From a virus (lineage: Duplodnaviria > Caudoviricetes), in IMG/VR virus record IMGVR_UViG_3300032011_000046, positions 1-36,698 of that record: a DNA stretch of 36,698 nt; one strand, given 5' to 3'. A program made the position numbers and the translations under genes. This document shows positions 27,220 through 36,541 of this stretch, piece by piece. Position 1 is the first letter of the stretch. Each line of letters starts with the position of its first letter. The notes below the pieces were generated by a model that was given only the letters and a program-made list of their open reading frames with translations, did no database searches and was not told the origin of the DNA.

Positions 27220-28077
27220 ATGCCCGATACAAATATTAATCCACCTTCTCAAGAGGAGTTATCAAGAAAGACTATTAAACCTTATGGTGTAGAAAACTAT
27301 AGCGGTTCAGTAGCTCCTGCGAATAACTTAAAAAAGAGAGAACTTCAACGTTCTGTAAAGAATGATGATGTTAAAAAGTTCTCTGTTGGGTTAAGAGATA
27401 TTGATGAAGCTATATTTTACTATTTCAAAGAAGTAATAAAACCTTCTGTTATGCAAAATAGTAAAAAAAAGAACGTACCTGTATTATATGGTTCTCCTGA
27501 AAGATGGGCAGCAGTTCAAAAGAACGGCTTTATAAGAGACAGGCATGGAAAAATACAACTACCTCTAATTATAGTAAAAAGAGATAGTATAGAAAAAAAT
27601 AGAAGCTTAGGAAATAAGATGGATGCTAATAATCCTAATAATTTCGGAGTTTTTGAAAAGAAATATTCTAGTAAAAATAGATATGATAGGTTCTCTTTAC
27701 TTAATAACAGAAATATAGTAAAGGAATATCAAGGAGTAGTAGTACCAGATTATGTAAACTTGGTTTACTCTTGTGTTATTTTTACAGAATATATAGAGCA
27801 AATGAATAAAATAGTAGAATCTATTAATTATGCTTCTGACTCTTACTGGGGAGACCCTGAAAAGTTTAAATTTAGAGCAATGATTAATAACTATACTACA
27901 AGTACTGAAATAGCACAAGGTAGTGATAGAACAGTAAAGACTGAATTTCAAATAAACCTATTAGGTCATATAGTTCCTGATAGCTTTAATACCTTACCTC
28001 AAGGTGTTAGCAAATACTTTAGTAAGTCATCAGTCGTTTTTGGAGTTGAAACAGTTAAAGATATAAATAATATATAA
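27220..28077 (+). CDS. Tail completion/sheath stabiliser (T4 gp15-like)
   Basis: VPVLYGSPERW, IQLPLI and VPDYVNLVY...QMNKIVESI. Confidence 0.7.
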   Translation: MPDTNINPPSQEELSRKTIKPYGVENYSGSVAPANNLKKRELQRSVKNDDVKKFSVGLRDIDEAIFYYFKEVIKPSVMQNSKKKNVPVLYGSPERWAAVQKNGFIRDRHGKIQLPLIIVKRDSIEKNRSLGNKMDANNPNNFGVFEKKYSSKNRYDRFSLLNNRNIVKEYQGVVVPDYVNLVYSCVIFTEYIEQMNKIVESINYASDSYWGDPEKFKFRAMINNYTTSTEIAQGSDRTVKTEFQINLLGHIVPDSFNTLPQGVSKYFSKSSVVFGVETVKDINNI

Positions 28078-28078
28078 T

Positions 28079-28504
28079 ATGCCTAGATATTCCACAACAA
28101 GAGTTAGTTCTAGAGGCCTTAGATTTTATGATCAAGCTGTCGATGGAGGAAAATTTATACAACAAACAATAGAAGAAGCAATGAATAGTGAACAAAAAGC
28201 TTATACAGTTTTAAATAATGCAATTACAAGCACAGTTAAGACAGTAAACGTAGTAACAGGATCAGCTTCTGTTTCTGCCTCACTTACCTGGGTATCAACT
28301 TCACTAGCTACTGTCCCTGATGGATTTCCTACTCAAAGTACAGGAGATTTCACCATATTTATAAATGGAGTAGCTATTGAAAACGACGCAGTACATAGTG
28401 TAACAGGAAGCGGAGTAAATATAGTAGTAACTTTTAGTAGTAGTCTAAATTACGATATAGATTCTACAGATGAATATATGTTAACTGGTAAAGTAAATGC
28501 ATAA
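28079..28504 (+). CDS. Hypothetical virion protein
   Basis: 141 aa; FTIFINGV beta-rich domain. Confidence 0.65.
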   Translation: MPRYSTTRVSSRGLRFYDQAVDGGKFIQQTIEEAMNSEQKAYTVLNNAITSTVKTVNVVTGSASVSASLTWVSTSLATVPDGFPTQSTGDFTIFINGVAIENDAVHSVTGSGVNIVVTFSSSLNYDIDSTDEYMLTGKVNA

Positions 28505-30057
28505 TGGCGTTAATTAAATGGAAACAGCTTAGTAAGGACTTATCAACTCATGCAAACTTAACCGGTTCGCTTAAAGTTAGTGGTTCTATATTAGTAAATG
28601 GCTCGGCTGTAAGCACAGCTCAAGCATCAACCGGTTCTTTAATTAGTACTGCTAGTGCTACTAATAATACTATTACCTTTACTAAAGGAGATAGTACTAC
28701 CTTTAATGTTACTGTAAATACAGGATCAGGAGGCGGCGGGTCTTCAGATTTAGGAGCCTTAAATACATTCTCAGCATCAGTTAATACCTTTACAGGTTCT
28801 ATAGACGGAGAAGTAACTGCCTTAATGGCTGCTACTAGTTCTTATTTGACTAATGCTAGTACATCTTCTTTAATTTCTAACTCACAGACAGGGTCTTTCC
28901 TTAAAGATGCTGATACAGGGTCGTTTATATCTAATTCTCAGACTAGTTCAATGTCTGTAGCTTCAGCATCATTTAATCCAGTAGCTTATTTATCTGCTAG
29001 TACTACTCATTCATTAGAACACATTGAAGTAGCTGATTTCGATAATGATGTAGCTGTATCTTTTACAGGTAACAGGTTAAAGTTTGTTTTTGGTACTCCT
29101 ACAGCACCAACAAGTTTAGCTTTAGCTAAATCAGGATTTGCTACAAATAGGTTTAATAAAGTAAGTGATGCTTATACTATAAATGCAACTTGGAATAATG
29201 GAGGATATAACTTTATAACAGCATCTATATTTACAGGTTCAGTATTATTAGCTGCATCTTCTGGAAGTGGAACATCTTTATCTGCTAACTTAACTACAAC
29301 AGGATCTCATGCTTATTCAGTTCAGTATACTGCAAGTTCTCCTTTAGATGGTAGTATATTCACAGATAGTGATACAGTATCAGCTACCTTATCTAAAACT
29401 AATCCTGGGAATCCTTCTATATCAGATACTGCTACTATTCAATTAGGAGACACTAGTAATAAATTAGAACAAGGAGCAACCGGGTCTATAGCTTTTACAG
29501 GGTCTTATGGAAGTTCAAATGATTGGGAGCAAGTATCATTAATAATGAGTGCTTCTTCTGCCCCTGCTACTAACCCTGGTACACTTACTATAACTGGAGC
29601 TTTAACAGGTTCATCAAGCTTTACTTTATTTGCATCATCATCATATAAATCACCAACAGGTGAAAATGATCCTCAACTATTTGTATCTAAAACTACTACT
29701 ACGACGTTTACTAAAATAATAAGTTTACGTCATGGAGCTTCTGCTACTGCAGCCTTTACACAAGCGCAGTTTGAAAACTTAGGAAATTGGGATACTTCTT
29801 TAAATGGGGATATAGGTACTATTGTAAAAGGAGATGAAAACCCAGTTGGTAATACAGTATCTATTACATGGACAGGAGATAAATACCATTATATAGTTTA
29901 TGATGGTTCAAGAAGTGATTTAAGTGGAATATCTACAAGTGGTTTCGCAGTATTAGGACAGTTTACAAAGTCTACTGTTGGAGATTATAAGGTTTATAGA
30001 ACAACTGCTTTACAGGCAGGTGGTAGTGGAACAACAATTGAATATGTATTAAGTTAA
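28504..30057 (+). CDS. Ser/Thr/Gly-rich virion (fibre/baseplate-like) protein
   Basis: 517 aa with repeated TGS/SAS motifs and ITFTKGD. Confidence 0.65.
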   Translation: MALIKWKQLSKDLSTHANLTGSLKVSGSILVNGSAVSTAQASTGSLISTASATNNTITFTKGDSTTFNVTVNTGSGGGGSSDLGALNTFSASVNTFTGSIDGEVTALMAATSSYLTNASTSSLISNSQTGSFLKDADTGSFISNSQTSSMSVASASFNPVAYLSASTTHSLEHIEVADFDNDVAVSFTGNRLKFVFGTPTAPTSLALAKSGFATNRFNKVSDAYTINATWNNGGYNFITASIFTGSVLLAASSGSGTSLSANLTTTGSHAYSVQYTASSPLDGSIFTDSDTVSATLSKTNPGNPSISDTATIQLGDTSNKLEQGATGSIAFTGSYGSSNDWEQVSLIMSASSAPATNPGTLTITGALTGSSSFTLFASSSYKSPTGENDPQLFVSKTTTTTFTKIISLRHGASATAAFTQAQFENLGNWDTSLNGDIGTIVKGDENPVGNTVSITWTGDKYHYIVYDGSRSDLSGISTSGFAVLGQFTKSTVGDYKVYRTTALQAGGSGTTIEYVLS

Positions 30058-30063
30058 TAGATT

Positions 30064-30741
30064 ATGGCAATAACTTTACCAGGAGGATTTAGTATAACAA
30101 ATAATGAACCAGCAGATGCTAGGATTGCCGTAGCATCTAGTGCTTCAAGATTATCTTTATCTACAGCTAATGTATATGAAGGTTTATTATCTTTCGAACA
30201 AAGCACTGATCAATTATTTGTATTAAAAGATGCAACAGCTCCTAGTTCTACAGGATCATGGGAGGTAGTTAATATATTTACTATTACTGGATCTCAATAT
30301 AACTCTCCATACAGTATAGGTATAACTGGATCATTAAATATTTCTAACTCTTTAGTAGTTACTGGAGATGCAACTATATCCGGAGATTTAAAAGTAAGCG
30401 GAACCTCTTCAGCAGTAAATACTACTAACCTTACTGTAACTGATAAGTTTATATTAGTTAATTCAGGTTCTAATACAGCTTCTGATAATTCAGGATTAGT
30501 ATTTGGTGGATCAGAAGGAACTTTATATTCCGGTTCTTCTTTATTTTGGAATGGAGCATTTAATAGTAATGACGGCAGAGTAGCTGTAGCAAGCGGAGTT
30601 GCTTCAACATCAACAACTGCAACACCAGGTTATTATATGGCAGGAGTAATATCAGGTTCTGAAAATGAAGCTACAGGTTCACAAGTAGATCATTACGGAA
30701 ACATAAGAATAGAAAGCGGAGATATTTACATCTACGTATAA
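30064..30741 (+). CDS. Ser/Thr/Gly-rich fibre-like protein
   Basis: GITGSLNI, VTGDATISGDLKVSG, NLTVTDKFILVNSG beta-helix-like repeats. Confidence 0.65.
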   Translation: MAITLPGGFSITNNEPADARIAVASSASRLSLSTANVYEGLLSFEQSTDQLFVLKDATAPSSTGSWEVVNIFTITGSQYNSPYSIGITGSLNISNSLVVTGDATISGDLKVSGTSSAVNTTNLTVTDKFILVNSGSNTASDNSGLVFGGSEGTLYSGSSLFWNGAFNSNDGRVAVASGVASTSTTATPGYYMAGVISGSENEATGSQVDHYGNIRIESGDIYIYV

Positions 30742-30768
30742 GCAGGCACACATTTTAAACTTATTACG

Positions 30769-30792
30769 AGGCACTTAGGTGCCTTTTTTTTT
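30769..30792 (+). terminator. Rho-independent terminator
   Basis: AGGCAC-TTAG-GTGCCT stem followed by a T run. Confidence 0.85.
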
Positions 30793-30835
30793 GGAGTTTA
30801 GCATTATTTTTATTATATTATTAGTACTATTTATA
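30791..30835 (+). promoter_or_regulatory. Tandem putative promoters: TTGGAG-N17-TATATTA and TATTTATA (30828-30835)
   Basis: Both motif types recur elsewhere in the window. Confidence 0.5.
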
Positions 30836-30847
30836 TTAGAAGCTTTA

Positions 30848-30891
30848 TTGGCCCGAGAGGGAAGTGGGCTCTCAATATTGAGTAACCAACC
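30848..30891 (+). ncRNA. Candidate structured cis-regulatory RNA in 5' leader
   Basis: GC-rich island; TTGG/CCAA closing CCC-GAGA-GGG and CTCAA-TA-TTGAG arms; family not recognised. Confidence 0.35.
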
Positions 30892-30906
30892 GTAAAACTA
30901 AAAATT

Positions 30907-31467
30907 ATGCCGAATTGGAAAAAACTGATTACTTCGGGATCACATGCATCCCTTAGTTCTGTTACCGGATCAATTCTTCTTTCTGGTGATTTACAAGCAA
31001 ATTCAAATAATATCTTAGGAGTAGCAAAAGTTGGAGCAGCCTCTAACGACGAGTATTTTGACTTCGGAACTGATGCAATGATAAAAGTTGCAATTGATAA
31101 TACCGAAGACTTTAGATTTGTTGATGGAGGAACCTTTCATGCTAATGCTGATGTAGTTGCATTCTCTTCTACAGTAGCATCAGATGAAAAGTTGAAAACT
31201 AATATAGTTAGTACTAAATACGGTTTAAGTGATATTTTAAAATTAGACGGAAAAGAGTTTGATTGGAAAAAACATTTAAATCAGAAGCATGATATAGGAT
31301 TCATAGCTCAAGATGTACAAAAAGTCATACCTGAATTAGTAAATGAGGTAGATGGATTGAACGGAGACGAATCCCATCTTGCTGTAGACTATGCTAAACT
31401 AGTTCCTGTTTTAGTAAACGCTATCAAAGAATTAAAGAATGAAATAGAAGAAATTAAAAAGAAATAA
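30907..31467 (+). CDS. Short fibre protein with C-terminal intramolecular chaperone (peptidase S74) domain
   Basis: SDEKLKTNI, FDWK, GFIAQDVQKVIPELV, VDYAKLVPVLVNAIKEL plus coiled coil. Confidence 0.85.
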   Translation: MPNWKKLITSGSHASLSSVTGSILLSGDLQANSNNILGVAKVGAASNDEYFDFGTDAMIKVAIDNTEDFRFVDGGTFHANADVVAFSSTVASDEKLKTNIVSTKYGLSDILKLDGKEFDWKKHLNQKHDIGFIAQDVQKVIPELVNEVDGLNGDESHLAVDYAKLVPVLVNAIKELKNEIEEIKKK

Positions 31468-31475
31468 GTTACATT

Positions 31476-32027
31476 ATGGGTTTTATAATAAATGCAGATC
31501 TTGAGACAAGTCAAGGACCGACTCAAGAGTTATATTTAAGAGTTGAAGGATTTTCCTTTAATAAAGTTACAGCTGAATTAGGTTTCCAAATAACCTACTG
31601 GATAGATAGAGAACACGCTATTAAACATAATAGAGTATATCTTGAACAAGAGGTTAGACCAATGGTGGGATTAGTACAGAATAAAATGATGTATTATGAA
31701 CAGGCAGATTATGATGGAGAAGAAGTAGAATTTAAACATTATCTAAAAGTGAATGTTGCAGAAGAAAGAGAAATAGAAATACCAATTTTCGAGATGCAGG
31801 AAGTAACCGAAGAAGTGCCTTACATTAGTTTCGATGAAAATGGAGACGAAGTAGTAAAGCATAGAAAGATAATAAAAGAAAAGAAAGTAGAAACTGGTAC
31901 TTATAAAGAAGTTAAGAGTGTAATAGATACAAAAGCGTTTGATGATATATATGGTTATTGTTATAGACGATTGTATGAACACTTAATAGATATAGTACCA
32001 AAAGATAAAATTGAAACAGTAAAGTAA
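31476..32027 (+). CDS. Hypothetical protein (possible fibre assembly factor)
   Basis: 183 aa, acidic, directly after the S74 gene; role inferred from position only. Confidence 0.65.
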   Translation: MGFIINADLETSQGPTQELYLRVEGFSFNKVTAELGFQITYWIDREHAIKHNRVYLEQEVRPMVGLVQNKMMYYEQADYDGEEVEFKHYLKVNVAEEREIEIPIFEMQEVTEEVPYISFDENGDEVVKHRKIIKEKKVETGTYKEVKSVIDTKAFDDIYGYCYRRLYEHLIDIVPKDKIETVK

Positions 32028-32030
32028 ACA

Positions 32031-32486
32031 ATGGCTAGATTTACCTACGGTACAGGAGATATAAGTTATAGTACGTTTCCGTCTTGGTCCAATGCGATAG
32101 CATCTAACCCGGCGGCAACTAATATATCTGCATCTTCAGCATTTAGCGATTACCATCCTTCCCAAAGCTTTTCAGGATCTAATGTACAAGTTACTAGCTT
32201 AACCGGTAGTAGTGTGTTCTATGGTTCTATAGTATCAGGCCCAGGAGGTAATGTAGAAATAACTGCTCCGTATACTGCTGGTTCATCTAATAATATTACA
32301 GTTAAAAATTTAAACATTACAGCCACATCAATAACATGTGTTGCTACACCTTCTTACCCTTCTACATTTGATTCATGGAGAACAGGAGCTAGTGGTAGCG
32401 GTGCTTCTATAAGTACTAATGCTACACTAACTATTACAGACGGAGCTGGCGCAGATCATGAAACTTATTTTGCTTACTTTACTTAA
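32031..32486 (+). CDS. Ser/Thr-rich virion protein, possible InlB B-repeat-like C-terminal domain
   Basis: ATPSYPSTFDSW...STNATLTI...YFAYF pattern. Confidence 0.55.
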   Translation: MARFTYGTGDISYSTFPSWSNAIASNPAATNISASSAFSDYHPSQSFSGSNVQVTSLTGSSVFYGSIVSGPGGNVEITAPYTAGSSNNITVKNLNITATSITCVATPSYPSTFDSWRTGASGSGASISTNATLTITDGAGADHETYFAYFT

Positions 32487-32504
32487 TAAGTAGTTTTAAA
32501 CGTT

Positions 32505-33359
32505 ATGAAAATAATTTGGGTTTTAGATAATATAAGAGAACGTAAAGACTTTTACAGTAGATTCCACACACTTTTGCTTTTATGCTCGGTAAAGCTATGG
32601 AAAAAATTCTATCCAGATGATTACTGTATGCTATATTGTGATTCTCTAACTAAAGAGTTTTTAGTAGATTTAAAAGTTGAATGCTTTTGGAATGAAATAA
32701 AACTATTAAAAAGTAAAAAGAATATTGATAAAAGAGTATTTTGGGCTTCTGGTAAATTAGAAGCATTATCATACCAAAAAGAACCGGTAACTATCATTGA
32801 TAATGACTTACTTATATTTTTTCCAATTAAACAATTTTTAGAGAAAGATAAAGTATATTTTCATCACCATGAAATAGGTAATGGTTATTACCCTACTAGT
32901 CTAGATAAATATGTCAAACAGTTGAGTTATAGACCAAGATGGCAAACTGACGCAGTAAATGTAAGTTTACTTCAACTACCTGACTATAAATTTACTCAAG
33001 AATATGCTAATTTAAGTTTAAAATTAATGGAAGAATTTACTTCCATGAATGTACCTCACTCCCAGTATTTAATATTTGCTGAACAACTTCTACTAAAACA
33101 TTTATTAGATAAAGGTAAAGTAGAGTACGAAAGCTTAATTTCTACTAATTGGGTTTGTAAGGATTGGGATTGGGGAGAAAATAATAATAAAGGTATATGG
33201 ACTTTAAATGAATCAGGAAGATACTTAAAGCATTATGGACCTGAAAAAAGTTGGATAGTAGATAACGTTAAAGGGTTTAATTATAAAAAAGAAATAAAAC
33301 ATTTGGAAAATTGCTTAAATTTTCCTATATTAGATTTATCTAAAATTAAAAGATTATAA
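32505..33359 (+). CDS. Putative nucleotide-diphospho-sugar transferase (GT-A-like)
   Basis: WASGKL...IIDND (DxD), VNVSL, AEQLLL and late HYG. Confidence 0.55.
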   Translation: MKIIWVLDNIRERKDFYSRFHTLLLLCSVKLWKKFYPDDYCMLYCDSLTKEFLVDLKVECFWNEIKLLKSKKNIDKRVFWASGKLEALSYQKEPVTIIDNDLLIFFPIKQFLEKDKVYFHHHEIGNGYYPTSLDKYVKQLSYRPRWQTDAVNVSLLQLPDYKFTQEYANLSLKLMEEFTSMNVPHSQYLIFAEQLLLKHLLDKGKVEYESLISTNWVCKDWDWGENNNKGIWTLNESGRYLKHYGPEKSWIVDNVKGFNYKKEIKHLENCLNFPILDLSKIKRL

Positions 33360-34120
33360 TGAGTATTTTAGACAAAGAGTATATAAGACAGTTCATAACG
33401 AATGATGTTGAGTTAGATAAAGACCTCAACGGCAAAGAGTTAAAAAAGTTTAATCCTGTAAAGTATAGATGGACCCATGGAGCAACTGATTATGACTTAG
33501 GAGATGGTTTACTAATATATACAATTGTGCAGTTAATGAGGTATAAAACCTGTGTTTGCTTAGGCTCAGGTGGAGGATACATTCCACGTATTATGACTCA
33601 AGCAAGATTAGATTTACATGCACAAGGTATATTCGAAGGAAGCATTGACTATAACCATGGAGATATAGGAGTAACTTATTTAGTTGATGCAGCCAATGGA
33701 GTAGGTGGTAAGATAAATTATGATGATGATAATACATTTTTTAGGTATCAATTTGCACCAAGGTATATAAAAGAGACAACTGAAAACGCATACTATAATT
33801 ATTTTGTAAAACAAGATATAAAGATAGATTTTTTACATATTGACGCAGGCCATTCATATGAAGATGTAAAAAACGATTTTGAATTATATAGTAAACTTTT
33901 AACCCCTAACGGAATGATCTCTATTCACGACTCAGATGAAAAATTCCAAAAAGAATTAATAATTACAGAAGATGAAAAAGAATATTATGAATTTTTCGAT
34001 GGACCACCTAAATTTATAAAAGAAATAGGACAGGAGTGGAAACAGTTTAACTTTTTTAATAATGGTAACTTTCCTTCTAAACCAAGTTCAACCGGAATAA
34101 CTTTATTACAACGTGCTTAA
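33359..34120 (+). CDS. Class I SAM-dependent methyltransferase (Methyltransf_24-like)
   Basis: VCLGSGGG; IDFLHIDAGHSYEDVKNDF; LTPNGMISIHD. Confidence 0.85.
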   Translation: MSILDKEYIRQFITNDVELDKDLNGKELKKFNPVKYRWTHGATDYDLGDGLLIYTIVQLMRYKTCVCLGSGGGYIPRIMTQARLDLHAQGIFEGSIDYNHGDIGVTYLVDAANGVGGKINYDDDNTFFRYQFAPRYIKETTENAYYNYFVKQDIKIDFLHIDAGHSYEDVKNDFELYSKLLTPNGMISIHDSDEKFQKELIITEDEKEYYEFFDGPPKFIKEIGQEWKQFNFFNNGNFPSKPSSTGITLLQRA

Positions 34121-34952
34121 TTTAATTACAGTAGTAGGACGAAATACTCACATTTTACCGCATATGCTCAAACATTACGAGAATATGGTAGATAAGATGT
34201 ATGTAGTAGTTTATAGACAAGATCCTAATGACGGTATATTAGAAGAAGTAGAAGAGCTAGGAATAAAACCTTTTTGGGTAGTAACAGATAAAAAGTACCA
34301 CTGGGAAAGAGTTACAGACATTTATAACACAGTCAGAGCTACAAAACCTAACGATTGGTGGATAATATCAGATGACGATGAATTACAATGTTACCCTACT
34401 GATTTAGAATATATCATCAAACAGTGTAATAACAATGGTTATTCGTTTGTTTCTGGAGGTTTCTTAGACAGAATAGGTATAGATGGTACTTTTCCTAAAG
34501 TTGACAGAGACACTAATATTTACAAAGCATTTCCTAACGGAGGTTTTTTTAGATATCCAATGTCTGGTGCTTGTCCTAATAAAGTAACATTAGCTAAAGG
34601 AAACCAAAAAATAACTTCCGGACAACATTATGCTTTGTTCGAGAATGGAAATAATAGCTGGGGTTTAAGACATCCTAAAAGATGCCCAGTTGAAGAGTGT
34701 TTTACTCAAGTACACCATTTTAAGTGGGATAGTACCTGTATAAAACGTATAAAAGAAGTTGCTGATAATAATCAAGAATATTCGTATTCTGATGAATACA
34801 TGAAAATGTATAAAGCAATTAAAGATTGCGATTGGAAAATTAATATAAAAAAAAATGATTATTTAGTTGAAAAATTGAATAATTTTAACTATATTAATTA
34901 TAACGATTATAGCAATTGGAGTAAATTAACAAGTTTAATCATTAAAATTTAA
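34113..34952 (+). CDS. Glycosyltransferase family 2-like protein
   Basis: GTG start; LPHMLKHY, WWIISDDDEL and HHFKW. Confidence 0.7.
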   Translation: MLNLITVVGRNTHILPHMLKHYENMVDKMYVVVYRQDPNDGILEEVEELGIKPFWVVTDKKYHWERVTDIYNTVRATKPNDWWIISDDDELQCYPTDLEYIIKQCNNNGYSFVSGGFLDRIGIDGTFPKVDRDTNIYKAFPNGGFFRYPMSGACPNKVTLAKGNQKITSGQHYALFENGNNSWGLRHPKRCPVEECFTQVHHFKWDSTCIKRIKEVADNNQEYSYSDEYMKMYKAIKDCDWKINIKKNDYLVEKLNNFNYINYNDYSNWSKLTSLIIKI

Positions 34953-34955
34953 ATT

Positions 34956-35150
34956 ATGGCTACAAGAGTAACTAGTAAAGACGATGCATCAGCACTTGAA
35001 GAAAGAAAAGTGAAAGCATTAGAAAAGATCGCTGCCTCTGTTGACGCCCTAGCTTATTGGTTCGAAGACATCGATAAGACTGAGTGGAGTGAAAGAGCGC
35101 AATGGTATTTGACTGAGTATTACGAGAAGTATGTTGGAAAAGGAGAGTAA
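34956..35150 (+). CDS. Small hypothetical protein
   Basis: 64-aa ORF filling the gap between two transferases. Confidence 0.65.
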   Translation: MATRVTSKDDASALEERKVKALEKIAASVDALAYWFEDIDKTEWSERAQWYLTEYYEKYVGKGE

Positions 35151-35152
35151 GT

Positions 35153-36541
35153 GTGGAAAGATTAGCTATCATAGTTCCTTACAGAGATAGGCAGGAGCAG
35201 TTAGATAAATTCACAACCTTTATTCAACAGTATTTACAGAATAGGAAGTATGATTATTTTCTTATAGTAGTAGAGCAGGATGACGATAAACCGTTTAATC
35301 GTGGTAAATTACTTAATATTGGGTTTACAGAAGCTCAAAGAAGAAGATGCGATTACGTTGTGTTTCACGATGTGGACATGCTTCCTATAGATGTAAATTA
35401 TGGAGGAATAGACTACCCAGTACATTTAGCAACAGATTTATTACCTTTCGAAGAGTATTTTGGAGGTATTACTTTATTTCCTACCCCTGATTTTGAGAGA
35501 ATCAATGGATTTTCAAACAATTATTGGGGATGGGGATTTGAAGATGATGATCTAATGCATAGGTGTATAATGAATAATCTTAAACTTAACACAATTAAAA
35601 AAGAAGTTAGTATTCCACCTCGTACAGATTTGAAATTTAACGGAGCTAATGCTTATATAGAGATGTTAAATCCTATTAATATAAAGGATTCATTTTCTAT
35701 TATATTAGAATTTGTACCTGAAAAGAATTTCTTTAACCATAGATCTGATTCTGATAAGTTTAGTTTATTTTCTATACCAGGATTCGATTTCTCTATTTCG
35801 TACACTTCTTTTAATAGGTATAAATTAGAGTTCTTTGATTCATTGAATAACTATCACCAAATATTCTCAGATATTAGTAATATTAGGAATTTACCAACTA
35901 AACTTTTTGTCACTTATAGTAAACAGCAACAGTTAATATATTTTTACCTTAATAATAAATTAGTAGGTAAGATAGAGGTGCCTCATAGTTTTTTAAACTA
36001 TAATGAAGAATCTAAAGCTTATATAGGAAGTAGTAAAGGTACTGAATCGTTTTTTAAGGGAACTATTAATAATATTGCTTTTTATAAAAGTTATTTAAAT
36101 AAGAAACAGTTAAATAGTATATTCGAAAATAAACATTATAGTCTATCTCAAGAATTTGAAGACTATTCAGATGCACACTTTTTAACTACTTACTACGATA
36201 CTAAGTTTGTAAAAGATTATAAAACTATAGACCTTTCTGGTAACAGTAATTTAGGTCGTATTTTTAACTGTGAAATAATTAAAAGTAATAATAAACTGAG
36301 AGATATTCAATATATTCCTTATAGAAGAAGTAGTAAAATAAAACATTTAGTACACAACAATAATGGGTTTACAGATGGAAATTGGAAAGATAAAATGACA
36401 AGATGGAACCAGTTAAAATATCATAATGAAGTTTCAAAAGGATTTCATGATATAGAAAAAGACGGTATTAATTCATTAGATTTTAAATTGAATAAGAGAA
36501 GTACAGTTAATAAGTATATACATTTAAACGTAGAATTATGA
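35153..36541 (+). CDS. GT7 (beta-1,4-galactosyltransferase-like) glycosyltransferase with inserted LamG/ConA-like domain
   Basis: IIVPYRDR, FNRGKLLNIG, FHDVD, YFGG, NGFSNNYWGWGFEDDDL; LamG-like FNGANAYI...YIG...FKGTINNI. Confidence 0.9.
   Translation: MERLAIIVPYRDRQEQLDKFTTFIQQYLQNRKYDYFLIVVEQDDDKPFNRGKLLNIGFTEAQRRRCDYVVFHDVDMLPIDVNYGGIDYPVHLATDLLPFEEYFGGITLFPTPDFERINGFSNNYWGWGFEDDDLMHRCIMNNLKLNTIKKEVSIPPRTDLKFNGANAYIEMLNPINIKDSFSIILEFVPEKNFFNHRSDSDKFSLFSIPGFDFSISYTSFNRYKLEFFDSLNNYHQIFSDISNIRNLPTKLFVTYSKQQQLIYFYLNNKLVGKIEVPHSFLNYNEESKAYIGSSKGTESFFKGTINNIAFYKSYLNKKQLNSIFENKHYSLSQEFEDYSDAHFLTTYYDTKFVKDYKTIDLSGNSNLGRIFNCEIIKSNNKLRDIQYIPYRRSSKIKHLVHNNNGFTDGNWKDKMTRWNQLKYHNEVSKGFHDIEKDGINSLDFKLNKRSTVNKYIHLNVEL

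Noticed and set aside
519-35172. Short minus-strand ORFs and nested plus-strand ORFs (692, 16989, 18348) in the ORF track
   Set aside because: They lie within or across strong + strand genes, have no motifs, and look like shadow frames; e.g. the Leu-rich 12627-12821 mirrors GAA/GGA codons
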